Below are positions 50,389 to 62,961 of a stretch of 64,000 nucleotides of DNA, piece by piece. The position numbers were made by a program, and so were the translations under genes. Positions within the stretch are counted from its first letter, which is position 1, and every line of letters starts with the position of its first letter. The notes under the pieces are model-generated. The model saw only the letters and a program-made list of their open reading frames with translations. It did not search any database and was not told where the DNA came from. This DNA comes from Takakia lepidozioides (Eukaryota; Plantae; Bryophyta), in assembly GCA_030704615.1 (NCBI GenBank), contig CM060734.1, positions 3,658,001 through 3,722,000 on the forward strand, written 5' to 3'.

Positions 50389-51242
50389 GCACAAGCTCCT
50401 TTTCAGAAATGGGGTACTGATTTTGTAGGCCCCATTGCTCCAGCTTCTCGTAATGAACACAAACGGTACATATTGGTGGCTATTGAATATGTCACAAAAT
50501 GGGCTGAGGCTCAAGCCACTCGAACTGATACTGCTAAAGTTGTAGCCCAATTTTTGTATGAAAATATAATATCCAGATTTGACTGTCAATTGGAAATGAT
50601 TAGCGGTCGTGGTACCCATTTCCTAAATGCTACAATTGTTCAATTGACAAAACGATATACGAAAGACTACTCCTTATCATCCTCGAGCCAATGGACAGAT
50701 AGAACGAACCAATGGGCTATTATGCGGCATTTTAACTCGCACAGTCATGGGTGTTGGTACTGATTGGGACACTAAACTTTTTGGTGCACTTTGGGCATAT
50801 CGCATAGCGACTACAGGATATACCCCATTTCAATTGGTCACGGATTAGAAGCTATCATACCGATAAAATTGGAACTCCCAACCTTACCCATTGCGATAGC
50901 TGAACGTCTTTTTGATGACGAGTCTTCACAAGCCCGTTTAATACGCTTAGAACAATTGGATGAAATTCGTAGGCATGCGTTACAAAACATTGAAGTTGCC
51001 CAAAGAAGGCGTAAGGATTATTATGATAGTCGGTTGAAGCCTAAAAATTTTAAAGTTTGTGACTTAGTACTGCTTTATGATAGTCGATTTCAGAAGTTCC
51101 TGGGAAATTAAAAATGCGTTGGTTAGGTCCTTATCGAGTCATAGAAGTATTTTCTAATGGATCAGTTCAATTGGTTACTTGGGATGGGGCTCCACTACCT
51201 ACACGGATAAATGGAGATCGTATTAAGTTATATTATCATTAA
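50388..51242 (+). mobile_element. Duplicate Gypsy integrase fragment
   Basis: Copy within the tandem duplication. Confidence 0.9.
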
Positions 51243-51526
51243 CCCTGATACTGGTCCAATGTTAGGAAAGGGGGTGATTATTGGGTATATTTATTTATTA
51301 TTGGGTGTATTTTTTTATTTATTTTTATTATAGGGAGTGATTTATTTATAATAGGTATAGTGTAAGTCAGGAGCGGGCGGTTATAACTTACCGCTTCATT
51401 GTCTTCCTTCTGCTGAGCGATAGCATACTAAACTGTGAATGATAGAGAGTCAAATTGGGCATGGACAAAATTATATATTGAAAACTTAAGCAACAGAGAG
51501 AGTGAAGAAGAATATAATGGAGCACG

Positions 51527-54287
51527 ATGACAGGAAGAAAAAAATTGGTTAAAATGGGAGTTGTGCTACCAGCGGAGTTGGAAAGAATTGATGTGAGCCT
51601 ATTGTTACCCAACAGAGAAAAGAAGAAGTTTGGTATAATGCATGAGTGTTAAAATTCTTGAAATGGTCGAAGGATCTGCCACCAAAGTCGTTGAAATTGT
51701 TAATAGAGTATATGGAGAATGGGATTGCCTATATCGTCATTGGAAGTAGAGATGGAGAAGTGTACGATGCTGAATCCAGGGCGGTACTTTGTAAGAGGAG
51801 AGAAGTCAAGAACGAAGGAGCATGGCTGGAAGGTGGCAGATGCAATAAATCCAAACATGATGTTGTGGATGCGTTTTATGAACAAGCAGTTGGCGCTGAA
51901 GCAGCAAGGTTCTTATCTATCTCTCAAACTATTGGAAGCTACAATTAGAACCATGCAGGGAATTAGGTATAAGTGGGCAGATTTTGTTGCCACCAGAATG
52001 CATGAGGAGTTGGGTTTGAGGAAGCGATCGCCCAAAATTGTACCTTTGCATTGTAGCAGTTATCTAACAGCGGTTATACAAAAGCAATTAGGGATCACAA
52101 CATTGGGAGAGAAGGAGATTTTTGGTGGTGTAGGGATTACTAATGTCAAATCAGTTGAGACGACCATCTAGAAACCATTGGCAAAAAAAGGAAGTAGAAG
52201 CCGCACTGACAAACTCTATTATTGAGAAAGGGGAATGTTCTAAGAGTATACACGAAGGAGCTCCCACAAAGGAGAATGAGCAGTTACTTAACCAGGAAAT
52301 GCCAACGGATAGAAAAGGGAATGAATTAGCAGAGGCAGCACAACAAGGAGATCAGTCCGCAGTGTACTACTTACATCAGGCGTATTCGATCATGAAGAAG
52401 AAAGAGGCAGAATTGATAGAAGCAGCGAAGAAGGCGCAGAAGAGGATGGATGATGAAAAGGCAAAAGTAGCCCCGTATGCTGAGTTGCAGAGTACAAGAG
52501 AGAATGAGTTTCAAGCGGCACACACTCGTCACTGTGAGGAGATAGTACAATGCAAGCAGGAGCAAAAGAAATTATCGATAGAGGTTGAGGACTTGAAGAA
52601 GCAAGTAGCAAAATTGCAAGATTTGGAACCAGAACTAGAGAAGTGACAGGAAGAATTGTTGGAAGCCAAGAAGCAATTGCAAGTTGCCAATCAAGAGGTG
52701 GAGCAGCATAATAAGGCGTGGATAGATGATGAGGGTAGAGGTGAAATGAGTGAAGAGATTGTGCACCTGAGAGGAAGACTTAAGGCCTGTGAGGAGAAAT
52801 CAGAGAAAGACATACTGCAGATGAGAGACATGTTCCAGAAATATAAAGAAGAGAGAGAAGGAGAGTATCAGATGACAATAGTGAGTTTGAAATCTCAAGC
52901 AGAGGAGAGCCTATTGGATATGGCTGAGAGATTAATCCAGTTGAAGGAGCAAATGTCTGCGGCTAATTCATTGGCAGAGGCTTATGATTTCGATGCCTGT
53001 TTGTTGAGAGCCACTTTGGGGGAGCCAGTAGAACAAAATCCCATTGATTTAAACCAGTTTGGCACCAGTGTGTGGCCTTGGGGATTGAGAACCTATTAGC
53101 GGAGATGATCTTAAGAGGGGATATTATGGTGGAGGACTTCACTGAGGTGTTCGTGGAGGTGGGTGATCTAGCGGGAAGAACTTTCCTGTACTACAGAGAG
53201 TTCGAACGCAACTTGGAGGCAAGAAGATTGAGAGCGAACTAGAGTTGATACTGGGTGTGTCAAATAGGGACACATGAGCTGGAGGAGATGACACCACCAA
53301 AACAAGAGGACTTGCAAAGATGGCAGGCCATTGCAGTGCAGTTGATTAAAGATATTGCAGTTCCACATTTGTTGCAAACCATGATTCATAACACTTATCA
53401 CAGGATTCGAGAAATTGGTTTGTCTGCTGCGGCTTATATATTGCTCTACAATCATGTAGTGCAAAGGTTGATGAGATGGTTGCAGTCGTCTTCTTGGTCA
53501 GACATTTTAGGGGAAGGTTGGACCCAGGGTATGGAATTGGAAACTCCTGAGCCCAATAAAGTTGTTCAATGGATACAATCATGTCCGGAGCTCAAGATGC
53601 CACTCAATTGGCTTTATCCTTTGTTTGTGGGTAAATATCATATGTGTTTTGATGATCGGGAGGCCGGCCATATCCGAAATGGGAAGTAGTGCTCTAGATT
53701 ACCATCAAACAATGAAGAAGGAGGAAATGGCTCAATTGGGAGAATGGGAAATGCCAGGAGAGAGAGAACCCATTCCTCATTCTATTTTGCAAAAATGGTC
53801 TTATTGTAAGTGTGCAAGAAGGGGCAAATGGAAGGAAAGAGAGACTATGACTACAGTACCCTACAATTGGCCATGGATTGTTGGGAATTTTGACACTCCA
53901 GAGAGTTCTTACAATGCTTATGCTGCATTTCAAGCAATTCATTCGATTCATCTCGATCCAATTTGTTTTCAGGCTTTGTTGTTTGCCGGGGTGTTGGCTC
54001 ATTGGTGTTCAAAGTACGCAGTAGCTTTCAATGTCAATGTGAGGCAATTGAATAAGTATGAGTTTCAGCTATTGGCTAAGGTGCACTATCATCAGACGAA
54101 GATCATCAGAATTTTGGAGCTGATGTGCCTCACTAGGTTTATTATTGGTGCGGATGAGACCTTATACGATGAGAGCGAGAAGAATCGCCATGATATCTTA
54201 CATACTTTTTATGGTTGGCAGAAGCAGCAGAACCCAAATCTTAGGCATAGGTCGGAGGAGCCTGTTGGCAAGAGGTCAAGATATTAG
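51527..54287 (+). pseudogene. Duplicate of the unknown 3' ORF, with extra frameshifts
   Basis: Copy within the tandem duplication. Confidence 0.6.
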
Positions 54288-54339
54288 GAAGCATAGAGGT
54301 AGTGTTTGCGGGGGCGCTACACATGTAGGAGTAGGGCTA

Positions 54340-55286
54340 TGTAGAATAATAGTTATTTTTCTATTTGGTTAGAACGATGTTTAGAAAGCTAAGTAGAAGA
54401 CATTGAAATCTGAATATAGAATTATTTGGGCTCACAGGGCCCACCCCCGAAAGGGGGCAGTAGCCGCAAGGCGAAGTGGCTCTTAGTTCCGCCGGCTTGC
54501 CGGCGTCTTCTCTCTCTCTTATTTGGGCTTTTATTGAGTAAAATTGCAAAATCATCCAATTGGATGTAAATTGGGTAGAATTGGATGTAGAATTGGATGA
54601 AGAATTGGGGATGGACAAAATAAAATTGGATGATAAATTGTAAGCTAGACTTAGAATTGGATGATTAATTGGATGATAAATGGGATGAATAATTGGGAAG
54701 TTAGAATTGGGTTGTTGAATAATTGGGTGGTTAGAATTGGGAGATTCGGCTGAACACGGTGAATCCAGAGTAGTGATATAAAAAGAGTGAATGTGAGAGA
54801 GAAGTTGTCATTTGAGCAAGAGTGCCCAGGCCCTAGCACTACGAGGCTAGTTGTCGTTTCCAATTCTTAGCAAAAGAGATTTAGTAATTCTAGAGATGAA
54901 AGTGATTCCAGAGACCTGAGAGAGAAGGCTCTATATTATTCAATGATGTGTGAAGGAGAGAGAAGTAAAGCCATTATTTTTATAAGAGTTGGATTGAATT
55001 TTATTATGTGGATTTGGTTGAATGATTATATAAAGTAAATGAAGAGATGTTTCATATTAATTCGAAAGAGTGATATTGAGATTATTGGAGAAAAAATTGA
55101 CTATGGAGAAGGATAATTGAATAATTAATTGTGTTATTTATTGGTGATAACTTACTGAATGCTTATTGGGATTAATTGATCAGGACATAGTTGTTCCTTT
55201 GGGTTGTTTGTGTGCTTTCCCTGTGAATGAATCTATAATATTAATTGACTTTAGGAACCTGAGTCTAAATTAAATATTATTCTACA
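54340..55286 (+). repeat. Complete 3' LTR (947 bp)
   Basis: Perfect 11-bp inverted termini TGTAGAATAAT…ATTATTCTACA; internal AATTGGATG repeats. Confidence 0.85.
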
Positions 55287-55345
55287 ACAATACAAGCTCA
55301 AGGAGAAGCAGGGTATCCAAAAAGCACCACCTCTTACAGGAGTGG

Positions 55346-55870
55346 TTGACACAAGGGCCAGTGGAAGGAAAAGCACCTAGGAAATTGACTCAAGATGAGA
55401 TGAATGATCTTAGGCAATGGGTGCAGAATATTGCCACAACAACTATAAACAACATCTATAGTCGGATAGCCGAGTTGCAGGAAGAACTTCAGACTCAAGT
55501 GGATGAGTTGAGTTCCAAGAAGATGGCATTTGTTCCGGAGGAACAAGTACTGGCCTCTTACTTGCGGGCAAAGCCTTTGGTCTTTCAATTTCCAGCACAG
55601 GAAGTACAGGCTTTGCCAGCACAAGGAGAGGTTGTGTCAACTTCACAACAACTACTTCAGGTCGCCAGTGTGGATACCATGACACAGCTGCAAACAGTAC
55701 CTGCTGTTTGGGGTGACTCTTCTTTTAAACCACCTAGGACTGCTGCTGATTTTGAATATAACAATGCCATGATTCTTCACTTCAACCATATTCCCTTGGT
55801 TATGGATCTGGTTTGGAAGGAAATGGGTCCTCCCAAGTCCTTGGCACATTATTACCAACTCATGCGCATT
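55346..55870 (+). other. Unidentified ORF fragment with a short coiled coil
   Basis: Open for about 175 codons (…RIAELQEELQTQVDEL…) before running into the opposite-strand LINE fragment. Confidence 0.3.
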
Positions 55871-55874
55871 TTGG

Positions 55875-56666
55875 GCGAGTGGATAGGGTCGTTCGTGGGG
55901 TTAACTTTGAGTTTGGTAGCACCGAGCTGAGCGAGGAGGTCGGCCTCCTCATTCCCTTGAATGCCAGTGTGCGAGCATACTTTGAGTAGGTGTATTGGGT
56001 GCTTTATAGAAACAACAGCGTTGACAATGGTTGAGATGAGGTTACGGTCGGGATGATGGTGGTGGGAGGAGGGGCGGGCAATGTGGTTGTGGATGAGGAA
56101 TAAGGATGTAAGGCTGTCAGTGAAGATGAAGTATGGGGGGGGGGGGGGGAGGTATCGAGTAGGAGGAGAGCGTCGTATATGGCCATAAGCTCGGCCCTGA
56201 GAATAGTTGCAGGGCCAGGAAGTTTGAGGGCCACCCCTCTCCCCGTACGTGCGTGATAGATACCGTAGCCTGCATTAGTTTGAGTAAGGGATCCATCAGT
56301 GTAATGAGAGTTTGCAGGAGGGTATTTGAGGGGGTAGGATTGCCGGTATAATGAAGGAATGGGGGGGAGGGGGTTTGTTGGTGTGGCCTGAGGAGGGCGC
56401 TGCAGTGCCGCATTCCAGGCTTTATTGTTTTTAATCGGGGGAGGGGGGTAGGTATATTTGTACAATGGGGGGGTATGTGGGTGGTGGATGATGGTCTTTA
56501 TTTTATGAATAATGGTTAGTAGATGTTCTACTTTGTGATAGAAAGGCGTGGGTATGGCAGCGTGGTGGGTGTTTTGGACATGTAGGATGAGGGTTAGGGT
56601 GGGTTCCTTTTGCCTAAGGTATTTGGGAAAAGGAGGGGTATGGGTATATTTATCTGGTTGGGTCAA
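55875..56666 (-). mobile_element. Non-LTR retrotransposon RNase H fragment related to the 39.3-40.4 kb piece
   Basis: YTDGS…LRAELMAI…(frameshift in a G run)…FTDS…KVCSHTGIQGNEEAD. Confidence 0.8.
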
Positions 56667-56699
56667 TTGTGGCTAATAGCTTGACCCCAGCAGGAAGGT

Positions 56700-59600
56700 G
56701 TAGAAGTGGGTGGGAGGTGGTAGGTGTATTTTGTCGTGCAGCAGTCGCAGGACCTTGCACAAAGTCGTCGTCGGAGTCACTCCCTTGGGCCCCTCATGCG
56801 CCTCCTCTGGTGCCCGGTGTTTTCTGTTTTTTGGGGTTACTGTACTCCCTGTTTCCGTGTCCTTTTCTTTGTCCTTTATTCTTCTCATTCAATTCTCTTG
56901 ATACCTGCCTGAGCAACTCTGCCGCTTTCCGCTGGAACTGGGCAAGCGCTCTCGCCTTCTTTGGACCCAGCGGAGGCAGCGGAGCCCGGTTTCGTCGAGC
57001 CTCAGCATTCAGCTTCAATTGAAACTCGGATGGGTCGAGTGAGCCGGGCGGAAGGTCCACATACCAAGGGCAGTCGCGCAAATGTTCCAGATGCCACTCC
57101 TTCACGATAACGTCAGTGTACATGGAGTCAACCCCAGGGTTCCTCCTCCATGCGAGGAAGATGGCGGCTCGAAGGACAGATGTCCTTTCTCCAAAAGGAG
57201 AACTTGCAGTACCTGCATTCAAGAAACACACAAATGAGGTCCCGGTATGAGGTAAATTTTAGGGAATGAAAATTGACTAGGCCTGGAACTGGAAATTCGG
57301 CGCCATTTTTCCACATTGGGGCCGAAAATGGCTAAGTCTCATAATTGATTGGGCCCGGAACTGGAAAAATGGCGCCGAATTTCCGGTTTTCGGTGCCTGC
57401 CACACTAGGGGCCCTGCACTGGAAAACCGACGCCATTTTCCCAGGTTAGGGCCGAATAAGCCTAAGTCCCAGAACTCACCGGGCCCGGAAATGGAAAAAT
57501 GGCGCCGAATTTCCTGTTTCGGTGCCTGCCTCTAAAGGGACTTAGCCATTTTCGGGGCCGTTCACTGGAAATTCGGCGCCATTTTCCCTGGTTGGGCCCG
57601 AAAATGGCTGAGTCCCAGAACTGACTGGGCCCGGAACTGGAAAAATGGTGCCGAATTTCCGGTTTTGGTGCCTGCCACTGTAGGGACTTAGCCATTTTCA
57701 GGGCCCTGCACTGGAAAACCGGCGCCATTTTCCCAGGTTGGGGCCGAATATGCCTAAGTCCCAGAACTCACTAGGCCCGGAACTGCAAAAATGGCGCCGA
57801 ATTTCCTGTTTCGGTGCCTACCAGCTCTGGGACTTAGCCATTTTCGGGGCCCTGCACTGGATATTCGGCGCCATTTTCCCAGGTTGGGCCCGAAAATGGC
57901 TAAGTCCCAGAGCTGACTTTGCCCTGATCTGGAAAAATGGCACCGATTCGGTGCCAGCCACCCCAGGGACCTAGCCATTTTCGGGGCCCTCAACTGGAAA
58001 TTCGGCGCCATTTTCCCAGGTTGGGGCCGAGAATGGCTAAGTCCCAGATCTGACTGGGCCTGCAACTGGAAAAATGGTGCCGAATTTCCGGACTGAGTGT
58101 CAGGCACCCCCTGGACAGCCATCCCCCAGGGCCCGAATTCGGAAATTCGGCGCCATTTTTCCTAGGACCACAACTAATTTTCATGCGCCACATAGGGCCT
58201 CTTACTTCCTCCTGGAAATGTTAGGACTAAAAAGAAAGGCATAGCGTATGTACCTGTACAGAAGGCGCATTGCCGCTTTGTCCGCGTTCGGCTGGTCGGT
58301 GAACTCGTGGCTCCGGCGGGCATGGGGTATCTCTCGAAAGAATAGGTCGGTTTTGTAGAGCAGAAAGTACCTCGTCACATAGTCGCGTAGGCTCTCAGCT
58401 TCACCAGAAATCTCCAGCTTGAACTGATGTGCTTGTGTGTCAAGCTACTCTTGCGCATTCGTCGTCACCTGTGGAGATTCTCCATCAGACCGCTTTCCTC
58501 AAAAAATACAATAAATCCATCCAATACAAGAGTAGACTCCCCAAATGAAGCGTGGGAAAGTACCTGAAACCACCATGTCATGCGGTTCATCCACATGTCG
58601 AATGTTGGGGTCGGACAGTTTGTCGGGTTTGGGGAAGCTCCACATGTCCCTTGTACTTTGGGAACCATTCCAGATTTGGAGCCACCGGGTCTGTCCAACC
58701 ACCCAGCATATCAGTAAGCGCCAAACACCACAAAAACGAATTGCTGCCACGACAATTTGGTTAAGAATGTATAACCTTTTCTGTTGCATCCACACAGGAT
58801 GTGGCTAGACGATGCAGCTTCTCCAATGTCATTGTGGGCTTCAGAGCGCGGGAGTAGTGCTTCCCCACCTCCACCAGAAAATCGGCACCAACGGCGGGAT
58901 CAGCTATGGCCACGTACTTTACCATCCGCGACTTGTACTTGATGCGGGCCTTCGCCTCCGCAGCTTTGAGATACGATTCCAGTGCCGGGAGGGTTAGTTT
59001 CTTCTCCTCTAACTCCATGTAGAACCTCCGCGCATGTGCCAAATCCTGCTGAATTTTCGTCTGTCAAGAATGCGCACATAAGATTAGAGATCATGCTCAA
59101 CACTTTTTCTTCTATTGGGGGAGGAGAGATAGATTAGCTCAACAAAACAGTGAGGAGCTTTACCCGAAATATGTAGTCCACCATGGCGTCCATGCTCAGC
59201 CTATACCAGGTTCTATCTGCCTTGCCTCCGACTTGCGCAGGAGGTCGGCACTGAGCGAATTGGCAAACTCTTGCACCCCCTGCTTCCCGACATCCTTCAC
59301 TCAGAAAAGCATATGGGACAAGTTGGTGGCAATGAAGGCATTCTCAGTCACCCTGCAATGCCACATTTCCATTAAACAATACAGAATTGAGAATTTGCAA
59401 CAAATATGACGATTGGCAATGAAATGACTATTTCAAATTCAAAGGTCCACACGAAGCATTGTAACTTACGAGTTGATGTCTGCCATTGCCGCTTTGAGAA
59501 GACTGCGATCTTTGGGCCCCGCAACCTTGAGCGCAACACACTCCACGGCGAAATGCCAATCCAGGTCGTTGGGGTGGGCTTGGGCTATGTACTCCATCCA

Positions 59601-60916
59601 TGCCAGGAGGCGATGATTGTCGTCCCACACGTAAAACATCTTTCCGGACAAGTGCTGGAAAAGAGGATCAGTAGCAATCAATCTCTTGAACTCCTCATTT
59701 TGCCTTTGCCAATGGGGACCCCATTTGTCCACCTCATCGGAAGTGTGGGCACGAGAAGCTCCGTGGTCGTTCTCCATGGAAACGTAAAACGCGGCAGACC
59801 CCATTCGATATCCCTCCCGGAAAGAGAATTTCAGCTTGTTGATATTGCCTGGGAGGGCAGGTCTGACCACCTGCAATGAAACCAAGCGGCAAAGGGGAAT
59901 CCGAAGCTTGGCCGGGTACACCATGCCCCCTAGGACCTGCCAATGTTGCTGTGGGTTGCCTCCACATCTTGGCAGCGGCCAACTTTATATCCGCCTTCCG
60001 ACATGACGTCTGTTGCAGGGGGGTTCTCCGGCAGCCCACTCGGACCGCCAAATCCAGCCTGTAGCTCCGGGTTTGGGGCCTGGGGATGTCTGGGAGGATG
60101 TCATCTTGGTCAGAAAGCTCCCTCAACATGGTCAACCACCGCTGGAACCACCTCGAGCTCTCCTCCCATCTCTATTGCCCTCTCCCCGGCTTCACCTCGA
60201 ACTTGCACAATCCGTGCTCTTTGTGGTGTTCTTTCCCCTCCTCCAGTCTCCACCGTATGGGTAATTGCGGGGCTGCTCCTGCCCGCGATGGTGTAACCGG
60301 TGTGTTACTGCCTCTTTGTGGTGTCTTGGAGGGATCCACCGTCTCTGTGCGTCCCTCGCTTACATTGGCATCTGTCATTTCGACACCCCTGGCCTCTTCA
60401 GTGGCCTTTTCTCTTTCCTCCTGGCTAGCCTTCTGTCTCGCCTGTTCTTTTGCCCTCTCTTTTGCCCTCTCACGGGCTTTCTGTTTCTTACGAGGGGTAG
60501 CAGCAGGGGAGCCCTCCAGGACGACCACCTTTGATTGAGGCGAACTGACACCCTCGCGCGCCCTCCTCACTCCCCCCTCCGCAGCCCGTGACGGCTCTCT
60601 CGCCGGGGATTGCATGTGCTTGGCTTTCTTCTTCTTCTTTGCGTGGGCGGGCCCTACTGCATGTGCATCAACATCCTCCATTGCCGGATCTGCTGTCCTC
60701 ATCCGATGCCCTTCACCTGCCATGCCGCCTGCACCAACCTCCCCATTGCCTATTCTGTCGTACTCTCGCTGCAGGTCCTCCCGTCCACCAACAAAAGGTT
60801 TTAGTTTTCCCTCTCGCCCCAAGTTGGGCGATCCAAACATGCGATGAGTAGCGGCTTTTGGAGTGACTGCTCGAGCAGTTGGAGCTGTCGATGATACCAC
60901 CAGCGTGTCGGGCTTG
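56700..60916 (-). pseudogene. Multi-exon gene with a disordered N-terminus and a ParB/Srx-like domain; decayed and 3'-truncated
   Basis: IPLCRL…VVRPA…INKLKFSFREGY…FYV…MFYVWDDNHRLLAW (cf. DGxHR..A). Further GT-AG exons at about 59352-59164, 59060-58467, 58430-58253 and 57212-56906. Confidence 0.6.
57270..58165. repeat. Intronic tandem array of about six ~146-bp units built from alternating inverted repeats
   Basis: (G/A)GGCCCGGAA recurs at 57351, 57481, 57627 and 57773. Arms: AAAATGGCGCCGAATTTCC/GGAAATTCGGCGCCATTTT and GGGACTTAGCCATTTTC/GAAAATGGCTAAGTCCC. Confidence 0.9.
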
Positions 60917-61624
60917 TCGTCACTCTGTCTCCCCAAAAATCGTGAGAACCAACATCGGATTGAAAACCACCATCGCAACCACCATCGCAACAATCGTGGA
61001 ACAACAATGAAAACAAATCGAACCAATCTGAATGCAGCAACGACTTGGCTCCTTTCTAACCACTCTGACCTTGATCATTCTTCTCAACAACTCCTGCCTT
61101 TGCGATGCAACCATGCGCTTCCAGGGCTGCCAAGCTGAAGATGCGAAAACAAACCAAAAAACGAAGAAAACCGCACATGTTACACAAAGCGAAAGAGGAA
61201 GTGGCTTGCCTGAGAGTGCTCGGCTTCAGTTGGCACGGGTTGTGAGGAAGACAATGGAATCTCCTGCTGGAGCTTAAGTTTGGCCATGCGAGAGGTTGGA
61301 CGTCGCCCGTAGTACAAAGCCTTCAGCTTCCGCCACGGTCTGGATGTGGGGTCTTTCTCAGGAGAGCCACTCCCTTCTCCACGCGGCATAAGTCCCAGCA
61401 AAAGAAAAAAGATCTCGCCAAATGTGTGCGTACATGCCTCGAATAGAAGTTCATCCAAGTTTTTCCAAGGCGTATCCGGGAAGCAACCGCGGAATCCCTG
61501 TGTCGCCAGCCCGGTTCAAAACCGACGGCAGAGGACATTTAATGCCCAATTGCGCCATTAATGTATGGAGGTTGGTCACAGGCGCCCACCGAATATCCCC
61601 CCGAGACTTCGTCAATCGCCCGCT

Positions 61625-62082
61625 GGATGGAAAAAATTGGCGCCGAATTTCCATCCAGCGGATGAAGTATGACGCAACGAGGCCCTCCCTCCGCCCGAGC
61701 AGTTCTCATCCAGGAGACGCCGGATGGAAATCCGGCGCCGCATTTCCATCCGCTAGGTAAGTCGGAGCGCGGCCGGATGGAAATCCGGCGCCGAATTTCC
61801 ATCCTGTAGGTAATTCGGAGCGCGGACGGATGGAAATCCGGCGCTGAATTTCCATCCGCCAGGTAAGTCGGAGCGCGGACGGATGGAAATCCGGCACCAA
61901 ATTTCCATCCGCCAGGTAAGTCAGAGCGCGGGCGGATGGAAATCCGGCACCGAATTTCCATCTTGCAGGTAACTCGGAGCGCGGACGGATGGAAATCCGG
62001 CGTCGAATTTCCATCCGCCAGGTAAGTCGGAGCGCGGGCGGATGGAAATCCGGCGCCGAATTTCCATCCTGCAGGTAATTCG
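61625..62082. repeat. Seven 53-bp tandem units, each containing a 30-bp near-perfect palindrome, plus one diverged copy
   Basis: GGATGGAAATCCGGCGCCGAATTTCCATCC (consensus) starts at 61722, 61775, 61828, 61881, 61934, 61987 and 62040. Confidence 0.95.
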
Positions 62083-62961
62083 GTCCACCTCATTGATGGA
62101 TAGTAGCACGGGAGTGTTTTAGGATAAATTGACATGGAGTTAATAGTCAGTTACAGTTACCAGTGGCTGTAGTGAGTTGGGTGAGATTAGTGATGTGGCG
62201 ATCTTTGAGGAGAGGATGGGTGTTTTTTGACGGGGGTGTGAAATCTCAAATTGGGAGAGAAAATGGCTGTTAAGCCAAACGAATTTGTCTTTAGCAGACC
62301 AGAATGGTGGGAATAACGTGCGAAATGTGGCATGTAGGCAAAAAACTCCAAGTTTAGTGTGTAGCCATACAAAAATGAAAAATCGATAGACAATTTCATC
62401 CAACACGAATGAAATCACGATAGATTTCATCCTGCGCGGTAGAGTTCACTTTTCCAGTGGGCCAACACAATTTGAGGCGGACCTGTCATGAATATGTACA
62501 CCTGGCCTTGGCGCAGTCAAAATGACACCCAAAAAACCGAAATATAGGATCAGGGCAGCAAATTGAAGGCACAAATGCTCTTCATTGAACATTTTTCCCA
62601 TAAAAGGGCTATCCCCAAAATGGTCTATCACAATTAAGGGCTCCTAGTTGAGCAAAACCGTCAGGTGAAGGGCATTGCAAATCAGAGCATGGCTCGGAAG
62701 ACAGTTCCATATTTGGCCTTTCATGAAGCTAGTGCCAGTGTTGTGGAAGAACTTGGAAGGATGCTTACAGCATGCATGTTTATCACCCTACTTGTTATCC
62801 ACATTCCGCAGAGCAGTGACAAGGCCACTACAAGCAAAGGGTGCCAAGAAAATCTTTCAGAGATGTCTAAAAATTCTTTCTAGGAAAATTCTACACAATC
62901 ATAGGAAGCTCACATTTTGCCCCCCAGGAAAAGAACTTAAAATGTTGGTTTTTCAAATATT

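Larger units (their letters stand above)
37221..54873. repeat. Near-identical 8.83-kb tandem duplication (37221-46049 and 46051-54873)
   Basis: The ORF tracks repeat, with the offset falling from 8830 to 8824; junction TCTTAGCAA-T-TCATAGG. Confidence 0.97.

Noticed and set aside
61625-62082. CRISPR array
   Set aside because: The spacers between palindromes are near-identical, there are no cas genes, and the context is eukaryotic.
61539-62135. Repeat-protein ORFs here and at 57462-58193
   Set aside because: They are translations of non-coding tandem arrays; the 53-bp period cycles through all three frames.
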